From an uncultured Nitrososphaerota archaeon (lineage in GTDB: Archaea; Thermoproteota; Nitrososphaeria; Conexivisphaerales; DTJL01): a stretch of 64,000 bases of DNA. The notes beneath the pieces were generated by a model that was given only the letters and a program-made list of their open reading frames with translations, was not told where the DNA came from and did no database searches. The stretch covers positions 160,001 to 224,000 of the forward strand of contig CAWJIE010000002.1 in the NCBI GenBank assembly GCA_963842885.1, read 5' to 3'. Below are positions 39,127 through 49,298 of this stretch, piece after piece. A program made the translations under genes and the position numbers. Each line of letters begins with the position of its first letter. Position 1 is the first letter of the stretch.

Positions 39127-40674
39127 ATGAAGAGCATCCTCCTGATATTCGAGGTCCACCAGCCGTTCAGGCTCAAGAGGGACTTCCTCTGGGCCAAGCG
39201 AGCCTTCAGGAAGCTCGACAAGGGAGGGCTCACGGAGCACTACTTCGACTCCGCCGCCGACAGGGAGGTCTTCGAAAGGGCGGCAAAGAAATGTTACGTG
39301 CCCGCCAACGCCGCTTTGCTGCGGGCCATCGAAAGGAACGCCGACGGCGAAAGTCCGGTGAAGCTGTCTTTCAGCCTTTCAGGGACATTCCTCGATCAGT
39401 GCGAGCTCTACGGAAAGGAAGTCCTGGAGGGGTTCAGGCAGCTCGCCAGGACTGGGAGGGTGGAGTTCCTGGGGCAGACGTACTACCATTCGCTGAGCTC
39501 CCTCTATCAGGACAAGGGCGAGTTCGAGGAGCAGGTGAGGGAGCAGGGAAGGGCCGTCAAGGAGCTCCTGGGGGCTTCCACTACCGCTTTCGAAAACACG
39601 GAGCTCGTATACAACAACTCGATAGCCAAGGCCGTCGCGAGCCTCGGGTTCAAGGCCATCTGCACGGAGGGCGCGGAGAGGGTCCTGGGCGACCGGTCTC
39701 CCAACTACATCTACGAGGCCGCTGAGAGCGGAGGCCTCAAGGTAATCCTGAGGAACTACAGGTTGACGGACGACGTGGGGTTCAGGTTCTCGGACAGGAG
39801 GTGGAGCGAATGGCCACTCACGGCCGAGAAGTACGCCTTTTGGCTGTCCAAGGCGGAGGGAGATTCCGTCTGCATCTTCCCCGACTACGAGACGTTCGGC
39901 GAGCATCACTGGCCGGAGACCGGCATACATGACTTCCTGGCCGGGCTGCCGGGGGAGATCCTGAAGAGGGGGGACTTGAAGATGGAGCTCCCCTCCGAGT
40001 ACGCCGGCCACCACGGTGCGGCGGGCGTCCTGGACGTCCCGGAACCTCAGACCATATCCTGGGCCGACATCGAGCGGGGGACGGCGAGCTGGATCGGGAA
40101 CTCCATGCAGTGGGCCTACTTTACCTCCGTGAGAGAGATGGAGCCTCTGGTGAAGGAGTCCGGGTCGCGCGACGTCATCAGGACGTGGAGGCTTCTGGGG
40201 GTGAGCGACCACCTCTACTACATGTTCACCGGAGGGGGAGGGCCGGGGACGGTACATTCGTATTTTAGCCCGCATGGGTCGGCCGCGGAGGCGTTCGTGT
40301 GCGCCCAGGCGGCGGCATTCGACTTCGAATGGAGGGTGAGGGAGATAGTCGACGCCGCCAACGAGCCATTCGAGTTCCACACCGAGGAGGGAGAGAAGGG
40401 CTTCGTCGGGGTGCGCGCGTGGAGCCTGGCGGGGTTCAGGAGAGCCCTTTCGAAGGTCCCCCCCGAAAGCCTCCTCTTCCACGTGAAGAGGGGCGACTTC
40501 GAGGCTTGGGCCGAGGGGAGCCTGAAGGATGAGGCCCTGACGAAGGAGATGGCGGAGCTCAGGCGGAGGAAGCTGAATGGTGAAACGGTCAGGGCGGAGC
40601 TACTTCGCATCTCGACTAAACAGCTGAATGCTAGGAAAGGATATCTCAAGGCCATGGGTCTGACCATAGAGTGA
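39127..40674 (+). CDS. GH57 alpha-amylase/amylopullulanase with C-terminal DUF5752-like domain
   Basis: FEVHQP, QTYYHSL, FENTEL, DYETFGEH, SDH.YYM. C-terminal PFEF...SL.FH..RGDF..W. Confidence 0.9.
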   Translation: MKSILLIFEVHQPFRLKRDFLWAKRAFRKLDKGGLTEHYFDSAADREVFERAAKKCYVPANAALLRAIERNADGESPVKLSFSLSGTFLDQCELYGKEVLEGFRQLARTGRVEFLGQTYYHSLSSLYQDKGEFEEQVREQGRAVKELLGASTTAFENTELVYNNSIAKAVASLGFKAICTEGAERVLGDRSPNYIYEAAESGGLKVILRNYRLTDDVGFRFSDRRWSEWPLTAEKYAFWLSKAEGDSVCIFPDYETFGEHHWPETGIHDFLAGLPGEILKRGDLKMELPSEYAGHHGAAGVLDVPEPQTISWADIERGTASWIGNSMQWAYFTSVREMEPLVKESGSRDVIRTWRLLGVSDHLYYMFTGGGGPGTVHSYFSPHGSAAEAFVCAQAAAFDFEWRVREIVDAANEPFEFHTEEGEKGFVGVRAWSLAGFRRALSKVPPESLLFHVKRGDFEAWAEGSLKDEALTKEMAELRRRKLNGETVRAELLRISTKQLNARKGYLKAMGLTIE

Positions 40675-42635
40675 GCAGCGCGATAACATTCGGCCGTGAT
40701 GTCCTCGGGAACTACGAGCAATCGAAGTCGAAGGAATGGCTCGTGACGAACGGCCTGGGGGGCTACGCCTCTTCCACGGTCATCGGCGCCAATTCGAGGG
40801 GTTACCACGGGCTGCTGGTGGCCGGGTTGCAGCCGGACCTGACCCGCGTCCTCCTGCTGTCCAAGGTCGAGGACGAGCTGCGCACCGCAAAGGGTTGGTA
40901 CCCCCTGTCGACCAACCACTATCCCGGCCTCCTCCACCCCGAGGGGTTCAAGCACCTAAAGGGGTTCGAGCTGGCCCCCGATCCGACGTGGCGCTACACC
41001 TTGGACGGGACGACCGTCCGGAAGGTCGTCTCCATGCCTCAGGGCCTCAATGCGGTGAACGTTTCATATACGGTCGAGGAGGGAGGGGGGCCGTCGGAGT
41101 TGACGATCAGGCCCCTGATCAACCACAGGGGCTTCCACGGCAGGACGAAGGAGGCGGGCGGCCTTTCCTTCTCCCAGGAGTTCGCCGGCAGCGCCGTCAG
41201 GGTCGATTCGTCGGCCGGGCCCTCCCAGCCTGTACCTGAAATGCGACCATGGGACCTACGAGGGCACCGGCGTCTGGTACCGGCACATGCTCTATGACGA
41301 GGAGGAGGAGAGGGGGTATCCCAACAGCGAAGACCATTTCAACCCGGGCGTCTTCCGGGCCATCCTCGACGTGGGGGAGGGGCTCACGCTGACGGCTTCG
41401 GTGGAGCCCCCCGCTGCCCTCCCTGGGGGACCTCCTCCTGCGCCCGGAACGGAGGGGTACGCGTCAAAGCTCGACGCGCCCTTGGCGCTGCTCGCCTGGA
41501 TGAGGCTGGCGTCCCGCCAGTTCGTCGTGACGCCGCCCGGCACCGATGACCTTACGATAGTGGCGGGGTACCACTGGTTCGGAGAGTACGGCCGCGACGC
41601 CGCTGTCTCCATCCCGGGGCTGCTCCTGGCGACGGGACGAGAGGACGCGGCCAGGGCCGTCTTCAGGAGGTTCTTCAGGGAACAGCGCGGAGGGCTCCTC
41701 CCCGTCGTCATGGATGGAGGAAATCGCTCCTGGGCCTCCGTGGACACCTCCCTGCTCTTTGTCTACGCCATGAAGAAGTACTGGGACCGGACGAAGGACA
41801 TGGCCTTCCTCAAGGAGGTCTGGGGTGGGCTCACTTCCGATCATGGAGTCCTATGCGAAGGGGACAGACTTCGGCATCAGGATGGCCGAAGACGGGCTCA
41901 TCGAGTCCCGGACGGAGGACCTTCCCCTGACCTGGATGGACGCTGTGGTGCGCGGCGCGCCGACCGTGCGAAGGTTGGCCAAGTCCGTAGAGGTCAACGC
42001 CATGTGGTACAACGCCCTGAGGAGCATGGACGCCCTGAGACGGGCGACGGGCGCCACCGATGGAGGCTACCTCGAGCTGTCGAAGAAGGTGAAGGCCTCC
42101 TTCAACAAGCAGTTCTGGTTCGCGGAGGGTGGCTACCTCTTCGGACTCCGTCGACGGAGAGCGGAGGGACGTCTCCATAAGGCCTAACCAGGTCTTCGCC
42201 ATCAGCCTACCATACGCCGTGCTGGCGGGCCAGAGGTGGAACAGAGTCCTCCACGTCGTGCAGGAGCACCTTTTCACCCCATACGGCCTAAGGAGCTTGT
42301 CGCCGAGCGACGCCAACTACAAGGGGGTATACTTCGGCAGCCCCGACCAGAGGGACTATGCCTATCATAACGGCACGGCGTGGTCCTGGCTCGCAGGGCC
42401 TTTCATTACGGCTGCCTTCAAGGCGAGAAGCGCCCCCAGGGACGCGCTGGTCCGCAGGATGTTGAACGCCTTCCTGGGGCACGTGGCCGACGCCGGCCTG
42501 GGAAGCATCTCGGAGATCTTCGACGGCAATTCACCTCACCTGCCCCGTGGCTGCATCGCCCAGGCGTGGAGCGTGGCGGAGCTTCTGAGGACCTACGACG
42601 AAGATTTAAGGAAGGCCGGGGCGACCGTCGCGTAG
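40671..42635 (+). CDS. Glycogen debranching enzyme (amylo-alpha-1,6-glucosidase), 3 frameshifts
   Basis: EWLVTNGLGGYAS, AGYHWF..YGRD, LTWMDA, VEVNAMWYN, IRPNQ, YHNGTAW, QAWSVAE. Confidence 0.92.
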
Positions 42636-42639
42636 GCCT

Positions 42640-43678
42640 TTGATTTCAGGGATAAGGTTCGAGAAGGAGGTCACCGAGGCCAGGCTCCTGGACCCGACAA
42701 AGGGTTTCAGTGAAACCGTCCAGACGATAGAGCGCCGGAAGGACCCCCTTCTGGAGAGGTGGTGCAGGATCAACGCGCAGCGGGCCAACAGGCCGAAGGA
42801 CCTCTCCAGGGACTCCTCGCTGGAGGAGCTGGCCAAGTCCACCGAGAAGGGCTGCTTCTTCTGCCCCGCCAACATCGAGTCCAGCACCCCGAAGTTCCCG
42901 CCTTCGCTGGCCCCTGAGGGCAGGATAAGGGTCGGCGCCTCAACCGTCTTCCCCAACCTGTTCCCGTTCGCCAGGCACCACGCCGTGGTGACCCTCTCCG
43001 AGACTCACTTACGTGCCTCTAGAGCGGATGGGGGAAGAGGTCGTTGGAGACGGGCTTCGCGCCTCTGTCGAGTACGCCAGGAGGCTTCACGCGCGGGACC
43101 CCGAATCGAAGTATCTCTCTGTGAACTGGAACTGCCTGCCCACGGCGGCGGCTTCCCTCATGCACCCGCACTTCCAAGTGGTGGCCGACGTCACCCCCAC
43201 GAGGTACGTCGGAGCCGCCCTGGCGGCGTCCCTCTCCTACTTCGGCAGGAACGGGTCGAGCTTCTGGTCCGACCTCCGCGCCGCGGAGGAGGCCGGAGGC
43301 GAGAGGTTCGCATCCAGGGACGGAGCGTTCAGCTGGGTCGCGAGCTTCGCACCAATGGGGAACAACGAAGTGTTGGGCATTGCGGATGGGGCTTCAGAGC
43401 TGCTGGGCTTGGACGAGTCCGGCATGGGGGACCTGGCAAGGGGGCTGTCGAAGGCCCTCCAGGTCTACGGCCGCCTCGGCGTGCAGGGCCTCAACATGGC
43501 CGTGTACTCGGGGCCGTTGGGCCAGGGGACCGGAGGCTTCTCGCTCCATGTCCGCCTCATTTCTAGGCCGAAGCTGAAGCAGCTCTACACCTCAGACGCG
43601 GGTTTCATGGAGAGGCTCCACGACGAGGTGGTCGTCGAGACGTGGCCGGAGGACGTGGCCAGAGAGCTCAGGGCCTAG
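42640..43678 (+). CDS. GalT-family (HIT-like) sugar-1-phosphate nucleotidyltransferase, frameshift near 43010
   Basis: RKDPL, CFFCP, FPNLFPF, AASLMHPHFQ (HxHxQ). Confidence 0.85.
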
Positions 43679-43690
43679 AGCGACGCCGCT

Positions 43691-44932
43691 TCAGCGGTTG
43701 GCCCGCCGGTAAACCTTCAGTGTCTCCGCCGCCGCCCTGTCCCAGGTGAAGTACTCCTGCACCCGGCGGCGCCCGTTGGCGCCCCAGGCCTTCGCCTGTT
43801 CGGCATCCTTCAGGGCTTCGTCGACACCCCAGGCGATGTCGCCCGGGTCGGAGCCGTTGACGTGTATGCCGCACCTGTCAGGCCCATGGGGGATCACCTG
43901 CTCCACGAAGCCGACGACGCCCCTTGCGCCGGCGACCACGGGCTTGGCCATGGACATGGCTTCAAGCGTGACGATGCCGAAGGGCTCGTAGCTGGAGGGG
44001 AAGACGCAGAGGTCGGAGGCGGCATAGTGGAGGATCCTCAGCTCCTCGGCGACGAACTCAAGGCGGAGCTTCACGGAGCCGGAGAGGCCCAGGCCTTCCA
44101 CGAGGGAGATGACCTCCCTCTCGAGCTCGCCGCTGGCGAGGACGACCAGCTTGGTCTTGGGCTGGCGCTTGACGATGTCAGGCATGGCCTGAATCAGGGA
44201 GAGTATCCCCTTGACGGGGGAGAGCCTTCCCACGAACAGCAGCATCCTGTCGTCCGGGGCGATGCCGTATTTGGCCCGGAGGGCCTCGACTTCCCCGCTT
44301 CCGATCCTTGCGGGGTCGTAGACGGCGGGGTCGACGCCGTTCCAGACCACGTCGATCTTGTTCTTCGGCCAGCCGTGCCGGATGAGGTCCTCCTTCATGA
44401 CGTTGCTGACGGTGATTATCCGGTCGGCGGTCTGGGACGCCGCCTGCTCGATGTTGGACACGACGTCCGAACCCTGACCGTTGGTCCTCCCCCACTCGGT
44501 GGAATGGACATGGAAGACGGAGGGCAGCTTCGAGTTCTGCTGCACCGTGATGCCGGCCAGGGCGCTGAGCCAGTCGTGGTAGCAGATCATGTCGAACCTC
44601 GCCTTCTCCTTGGCGACCAGCTCATTGAGGAACTTCGAGGCGGAGAGCGTGTTGTAGACCGCGATGTCCGAGAAGAACCTGAGGCCCGAGCCCCAACGGT
44701 TGAGGCCGTCCGAGGCGATGAGGGACAGCCCCTTCGTCATGTCCATGATCTGGGGCCTGTGGACGTCCACTCCCTCGAGGACCTCCTTGGTGGGGAGGCC
44801 TCCCCTGTTCATCGTGAACACGGACACGTTGTGGCCCAGGTTCACCAGCTTGGGGGCCATGTTCTGCGCGTAGGTGCCCAGCCCTCCCACGAGGGATGGA
44901 GGATACTCCCAGACGAAGAAGCCTATTCTCAA
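43691..44932 (-). CDS. GT4 glycosyltransferase (glycogen synthase-like)
   Basis: WEYPP..VGGLG, HDWL, HSTE, NGVD, YEPFGIVTLEAM. Confidence 0.9.
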   Translation of the reverse strand: MRIGFFVWEYPPSLVGGLGTYAQNMAPKLVNLGHNVSVFTMNRGGLPTKEVLEGVDVHRPQIMDMTKGLSLIASDGLNRWGSGLRFFSDIAVYNTLSASKFLNELVAKEKARFDMICYHDWLSALAGITVQQNSKLPSVFHVHSTEWGRTNGQGSDVVSNIEQAASQTADRIITVSNVMKEDLIRHGWPKNKIDVVWNGVDPAVYDPARIGSGEVEALRAKYGIAPDDRMLLFVGRLSPVKGILSLIQAMPDIVKRQPKTKLVVLASGELEREVISLVEGLGLSGSVKLRLEFVAEELRILHYAASDLCVFPSSYEPFGIVTLEAMSMAKPVVAGARGVVGFVEQVIPHGPDRCGIHVNGSDPGDIAWGVDEALKDAEQAKAWGANGRRRVQEYFTWDRAAAETLKVYRRANR

Positions 44933-44949
44933 CCAATCACCTTTGATTT

Positions 44950-46176
44950 CTATGGCAAAGCGCGGGACCTTTGAGGCGACGAAGGTTTCCAGGTGCCCGC
45001 GTCATACTCCTTCATTGTACGCCTGTATATACCTGTGGTCAGAGATGCGATGTTGGCCCAGCTATAGAGGGGGACCCTCTGGGCGGCCTTCGCCCGAAGG
45101 GACTCGGCGAATGGAGGCGAATAGAGGACCGTCGAGATGCCGTCGGCCAGGGAGGCCGGGTTGGGTTGGACGAAGTGCCCCGTCTCCCCGTTCTGGAGGA
45201 TCTCGCTGAGGCCTCCCGAGCCCAGGGTGACTATGGGGGTCCCAGCCGCCATGGCCTCCAGGGCGACGATGCCGAAGGGCTCGTAGAGCGAGGGTATGAC
45301 GCTGACGTCGGCCACCCGGAAGAGGCCTCTCAGCGTATCGGAGTCCAGGAAGCCCGTCACGTAGACGCTTTCCGACACGCCCAGCTCCCTGGCCCTGGCG
45401 ATGATGCTCTCCTTGAGGTAGCCTTCGCCTACCATCACGATCTTTGCGGGGCCCCTTCGGAGGACGTAGGGGGTCGCCTCCACCAGGAGGTTCACGCCCT
45501 TCTCGTGCACGAGCCTTCCGACGTAGAGGACCAGCTTCTCGTCCGGGCGGGCGAACCTGGCCCTGAGGGCGGCCCGGTCCAGCGGCGCCCGAAACGGCGT
45601 GGGGTCGATGCCGTTGGGAACGACGTCGATCTTCTCGCGGGCGACGCCGAGGGCCTCGGTCACTTCGCCCACCATGAAATTGCTGCAGCAGATTATCCTC
45701 CACGACTCCCCGGTCAGCCAGGACTCCTCGGAGCTAATCATCCTCTGGTAGTCGTCATAAATCCCGCCTCGGCGGCCCTTCTCGGTGGAATGGATGGTCG
45801 AAACCAGGGGGAGGCGGAACATGTGCTTTAGACCGATGGCCGCGTTGGCCACCAGCCAGTCGTGGGCGTGAATCACCCGGACCTTGCCGCCGGACGCGCG
45901 AATCACTTCGGCCGCGCGCCTCTGCAGGTTGACGTTCATCATGGAGACCCACGTCGCGAAGTTCGGGGTGGGATAGCTGTAGGAGTCCACCCGATCCACT
46001 TGGACCCCTCCTTCCGTTTCGTGTGCCTTCGTATCGGGGAAGTCGCAGGTCACGACGTGGACCCTGACGCCCAGCTTGGCCAGCTCCTTAGAGAGGTTGT
46101 AGACGTGGGGGGCTATCCCTCCCACGATCCGCGGCGGGTATTCCCATGTCAGCATTATGACTTCGTAACCCACCAC
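44950..46176 (-). CDS. GT4 glycosyltransferase (glycogen synthase-like)
   Basis: WEYPPRIVGGI, HAHDWL, IHSTE.GR, GRLVHEKG, YEPFGIVALEAM. Confidence 0.9.
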   Translation of the reverse strand: MVGYEVIMLTWEYPPRIVGGIAPHVYNLSKELAKLGVRVHVVTCDFPDTKAHETEGGVQVDRVDSYSYPTPNFATWVSMMNVNLQRRAAEVIRASGGKVRVIHAHDWLVANAAIGLKHMFRLPLVSTIHSTEKGRRGGIYDDYQRMISSEESWLTGESWRIICCSNFMVGEVTEALGVAREKIDVVPNGIDPTPFRAPLDRAALRARFARPDEKLVLYVGRLVHEKGVNLLVEATPYVLRRGPAKIVMVGEGYLKESIIARARELGVSESVYVTGFLDSDTLRGLFRVADVSVIPSLYEPFGIVALEAMAAGTPIVTLGSGGLSEILQNGETGHFVQPNPASLADGISTVLYSPPFAESLRAKAAQRVPLYSWANIASLTTGIYRRTMKEYDAGTWKPSSPQRSRALP

Positions 46177-46178
46177 CT

Positions 46179-46817
46179 TTAAGCCCCCCTCTTGGCGACC
46201 TTGGCGTCGCCATATGCCCTCAGGGTGTCGTCGAGCCAGGAAGACGAGCCCGCGTCCAGGAGCCTGATCTTGGAGGGAGGGACCTTGTGAATGGCTGCCG
46301 CCTGGGACTTCACGCGAGCCGAAGCGGCCAATATGACGCTCGATTCGTAGAGGCCCAGCCATTCGAGCCCCGTTATGCAGGAGCTTAAGGGAGATGAGAT
46401 GTCCTGAGACCTCTGTTCTTCCAGGCTGTGGACGGTGAAGACGAAGGGGAGACCCAGGGACTTCTTCAGGCCAACGGCCGCCGAGACGAAGTGCCAGTCA
46501 TGGACGTCCAAGAGGTCAACCCGGGTGCCTGGGCCGTAGTAGAGGTCGGCCGCTACCCTCTGGGCTTCTGAGCATAGCGAAAGGGACCATGTCACCGCGT
46601 TCAGGTGAGGGTCCACCGGGTTCTGCATCCAGTGGAGCTGAAGATTCGGGGAGACCGCCTCAGAAGCCGGGCCGGCCCCGTGGAAGGAGACGACGTGGAC
46701 CTCTCCCTCCCTCCTGGACAGCCCCTGCGCCAGCCTCTCGACATAGTAGGCAAGGTCACCCATGACTCGCGGAGGGTACTCCCAGGTGAGGATGGTAGGG
46801 TGATGCTGTGAAGTCAA
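46179..46817 (-). CDS. GT4 N-terminal-domain-only paralogue
   Basis: WEYPPRVMG, HDWH, VHSLE present. The C-terminal nucleotide-sugar domain is absent. Confidence 0.75.
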   Translation of the reverse strand: MTSQHHPTILTWEYPPRVMGDLAYYVERLAQGLSRREGEVHVVSFHGAGPASEAVSPNLQLHWMQNPVDPHLNAVTWSLSLCSEAQRVAADLYYGPGTRVDLLDVHDWHFVSAAVGLKKSLGLPFVFTVHSLEEQRSQDISSPLSSCITGLEWLGLYESSVILAASARVKSQAAAIHKVPPSKIRLLDAGSSSWLDDTLRAYGDAKVAKRGA

Positions 46818-46823
46818 GATGCA

Positions 46824-47078
46824 TCAAGTGAACAAGGACGAAACCCTGATGATCCCCCGACCGGTGAGGAAGTACTTCTTAACGCCCCCCTCGTCCACGA
46901 CGTCACCAAGGTAGCCCGCGGCAGTGTGGTCGGCAATCAGCTGGGGGATGTCCTCCGCTGGGATGCCAGTCAGCCTGGCCAACTCGTCGACGCTCTTCCC
47001 GGACTTGCCCATGATGGCGCCGGCGTTGTGCATCGCCAAGAGGAGCTTCTGTTGGGGCGACAGCTCGGAATCGTTCAA
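46824..47078 (-). CDS. Small winged-helix protein
   Basis: SVDELARLTGIP...GYL...YFLTGRG. Confidence 0.75.
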   Translation of the reverse strand: MNDSELSPQQKLLLAMHNAGAIMGKSGKSVDELARLTGIPAEDIPQLIADHTAAGYLGDVVDEGGVKKYFLTGRGIIRVSSLFT

Positions 47079-47154
47079 GTCGTCGCGGGTACGATTTGCG
47101 CTCTAATATCCGTTCCCTAGGAGGGAGCCCCCTCTCAGGCCGGAGGGGGCGGCG

Positions 47155-47421
47155 GTGATACCGGGGTTCACCTCCGGGCCATGCCAGCCCCTCCTGATAG
47201 TGGTCATGGGGGCCTACGACGACCAGGAGAAGCTCATCCTCCAGACGATCGAATACGTCTCCGCCCGCTGCCGGGGGGCGACGAAGTACGTCGTCTTCTA
47301 CGCCATCTCTTGGAACGGGATGGCCTGGGCGGAGCACAGGGACTCGTTCAGGGCCTCGAAGGCAGTCCCCATCCTGAAGTTGTTGGGGTCCGAGCCGGTG
47401 ATACTGAATCCTATGTACTGA
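47155..47421 (+). CDS. Small hypothetical alpha/beta protein
   Basis: 88-aa ORF with typical codon usage. Confidence 0.5.
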   Translation: MIPGFTSGPCQPLLIVVMGAYDDQEKLILQTIEYVSARCRGATKYVVFYAISWNGMAWAEHRDSFRASKAVPILKLLGSEPVILNPMY

Positions 47422-47587
47422 TCGCCACTGGACGGTATTCATCCTGCTTCGGTCGAACTCGCGCTGAGATTGGCCTTGACATCGGGCTACGGCCCGTCCC
47501 CTGATTGATCCCGATGGTAACACCGTAATCTGACTCGTCAGATCTTCGGCCCAGTCGGCTTCTCCAGAGCATTGGCGCCGCCATGAC

Positions 47588-47616
47588 GGTCGGGGAACGT
47601 CGGCCGTTCCCCGACC
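47588..47616. repeat. Perfect 12-bp inverted repeat
   Basis: GGTCGGGGAACG-tcggc-CGTTCCCCGACC. Confidence 0.9.
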
Positions 47617-47749
47617 CTTGCCCACCGCTCTGTGATCGTCCGTCGCCTGATGACCGAGGGTCGCATTCTTCTGTCCGTCGTCAGCTTGACTTCAGGCCTC
47701 CTGCAGGCTCCAGGTAGGCGCATGTCTGGAAAAGACGTCGGTGGGCCAT

Positions 47750-47860
47750 GGGAACGGGGGGAACGCGCGAGAACGACAGGGAATGGGGCAGAACGGAGGG
47801 GGAACGCCTAGAGAACGATGAGGGAACGGGGCGGGAAAAGTGGGGAACGCAAGGGAACGG
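47750..47860 (+). repeat. Array of 11 helically phased (G/A)GAAC(G) motifs
   Basis: GAA(C) starts at 47752, 47761, 47771, 47781, 47791, 47802, 47813, 47824, 47835, 47845, 47855. Confidence 0.85.
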
Positions 47861-48129
47861 CGTAATGCCTTCCCACCGTCGGTCATGGCTCGACAGGTCC
47901 TTGTTTCGAGATGGGTCCTCGCCGCGTGACTGCAGCAACAAAAGTCTAGGATTTGTCCCTTTCTGGTTTGCCGAATTGCTCGACCCGGTTAACATCCAGA
48001 CCGTGGTGAATGAGTATCGCAACCGCCCGCGACAACGTCCTAAACGAATGGAAGAAGGGCGCCGCGACGAGGGGCTAAGTAGAAAAGGGTCTTCACAGCC
48101 TATAGGGAGAAGCACCAAGGCGTTTGACC

Positions 48130-48537
48130 ATGAAAGCTGGCTCCTGGAGGCTCGTGGCGTTCCTCGTAGCCCTCCCTGGGCTCCTTTCCTCCGCCTATCT
48201 GGCCTACCACGCCGCGTTCCCCCAGAGCCTCCTGTACTGCCCGACTGCGGGACCGCTCGACTGCAACCAGGTGACGTCGAGCCCGTATTCCGTGTTGTTC
48301 GGGGTCAGCGTCGCCTACCTCGGCCTCGTCTGGTTCGTGGTCATGCTCTCGTTGATCGCCCTGCGGAGGACGGGCTCTCTCTTCACCCTGTGGGCGCTAG
48401 GCATCGTCTTCGTAGCCTATCTAGTGGGCGCCGAGATCTTCCTGATCCATTCGGTCTGCGTGTACTGCACCGTTGCCCATGCCTCTGCCATGCTTCTGGG
48501 GCTGCCGGTAATCAGGCTCCCAGACGCCGATGGCTGA
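48130..48537 (+). CDS. Vitamin K epoxide reductase (VKOR) family protein
   Basis: YC......DC..V..S.YS and VCVYC. Four TMs. Confidence 0.92.
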   Translation: MKAGSWRLVAFLVALPGLLSSAYLAYHAAFPQSLLYCPTAGPLDCNQVTSSPYSVLFGVSVAYLGLVWFVVMLSLIALRRTGSLFTLWALGIVFVAYLVGAEIFLIHSVCVYCTVAHASAMLLGLPVIRLPDADG

Positions 48538-49298
48538 ATCTGGGCGCAGACGTTCCCCGGGTTGCCTTGGGTGACGTTGCACAGGGCTGAGGTTATCCCG
48601 TCGGCAGCCGCCATAATCGTCTTGCTCAGGGCATCGTCGCTGACAATCGACTGGATGACTTGCTGCTGGCTCATCCCTGCCAAGAGCGAAGCGTTGAACT
48701 GGGTCCCCTTCACGACATAGATGTTGCCGATGTCCAAGAAGGGGACCGTGCCGAACGAAGGAGGGCCCTTCCAGAGGGCCGTGTAGTTGTCCGGGACGCT
48801 CATGAGGGGCTTGCCGTTGCGGTCTTCATACTCGTATGCCTGGAGGGAGATGTACCGGCTGCTGTAGGAGTAGTTCGCAAATGAGAACGACGGGGTGTTG
48901 GGAAGCTCGATGTTGGAGCTCGAATACGTGTATGAGAGAGAGGAGAAGCTGCCGAACCGCATCAGCGCGATGACGAGTGCCCACCTTTCAGCCGCGCAGT
49001 AGGGACAGAAGTCTCCGCTGACGAAGAGGACCACCGTCTTGCCTCCGTCGCTCAGCGAGGTCCCGGAGAAGGGCTGGATGTCCTGCGTTGACGGCGCGCC
49101 GTACCTCGAGTTGGCGACCTGGCTCAACTGGTTCAGGACAGCTGAGGGGACGGACGACGTCTCGCCCACCGTGCCTCCTCCGCTGAGGGAGAGGACGTAG
49201 GCACCGACGACGATCACTGTGGCCACGACGGCAAGGATCGTGATCGTGGCCGTCTTCCCCTGTTTCTTGTCCTTCCTGCGGCTCTTCGACTTCGGCAT
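48417..49298 (-). CDS. DUF929-like membrane-anchored thioredoxin-fold protein
   Basis: N-terminal basic stretch plus TM, FCPYCAAERW.L..AL.RFG.F, VPF.DIGN.Y. Confidence 0.85.
   Translation of the reverse strand: MPKSKSRRKDKKQGKTATITILAVVATVIVVGAYVLSLSGGGTVGETSSVPSAVLNQLSQVANSRYGAPSTQDIQPFSGTSLSDGGKTVVLFVSGDFCPYCAAERWALVIALMRFGSFSSLSYTYSSSNIELPNTPSFSFANYSYSSRYISLQAYEYEDRNGKPLMSVPDNYTALWKGPPSFGTVPFLDIGNIYVVKGTQFNASLLAGMSQQQVIQSIVSDDALSKTIMAAADGITSALCNVTQGNPGNVCAQIQPSASGSLITGSPRSMAEAWATVQYTQTEWIRKISAPTR

Noticed and set aside
47750-47860. Possible CRISPR array or coding repeat (ORF 47748..48590)
   Set aside because: The repeat unit is only 4-6 bp with ~5-bp spacers and no cas genes are present. 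The period is not a consistent multiple of 3 and the ORF overlaps VKOR out of frame.
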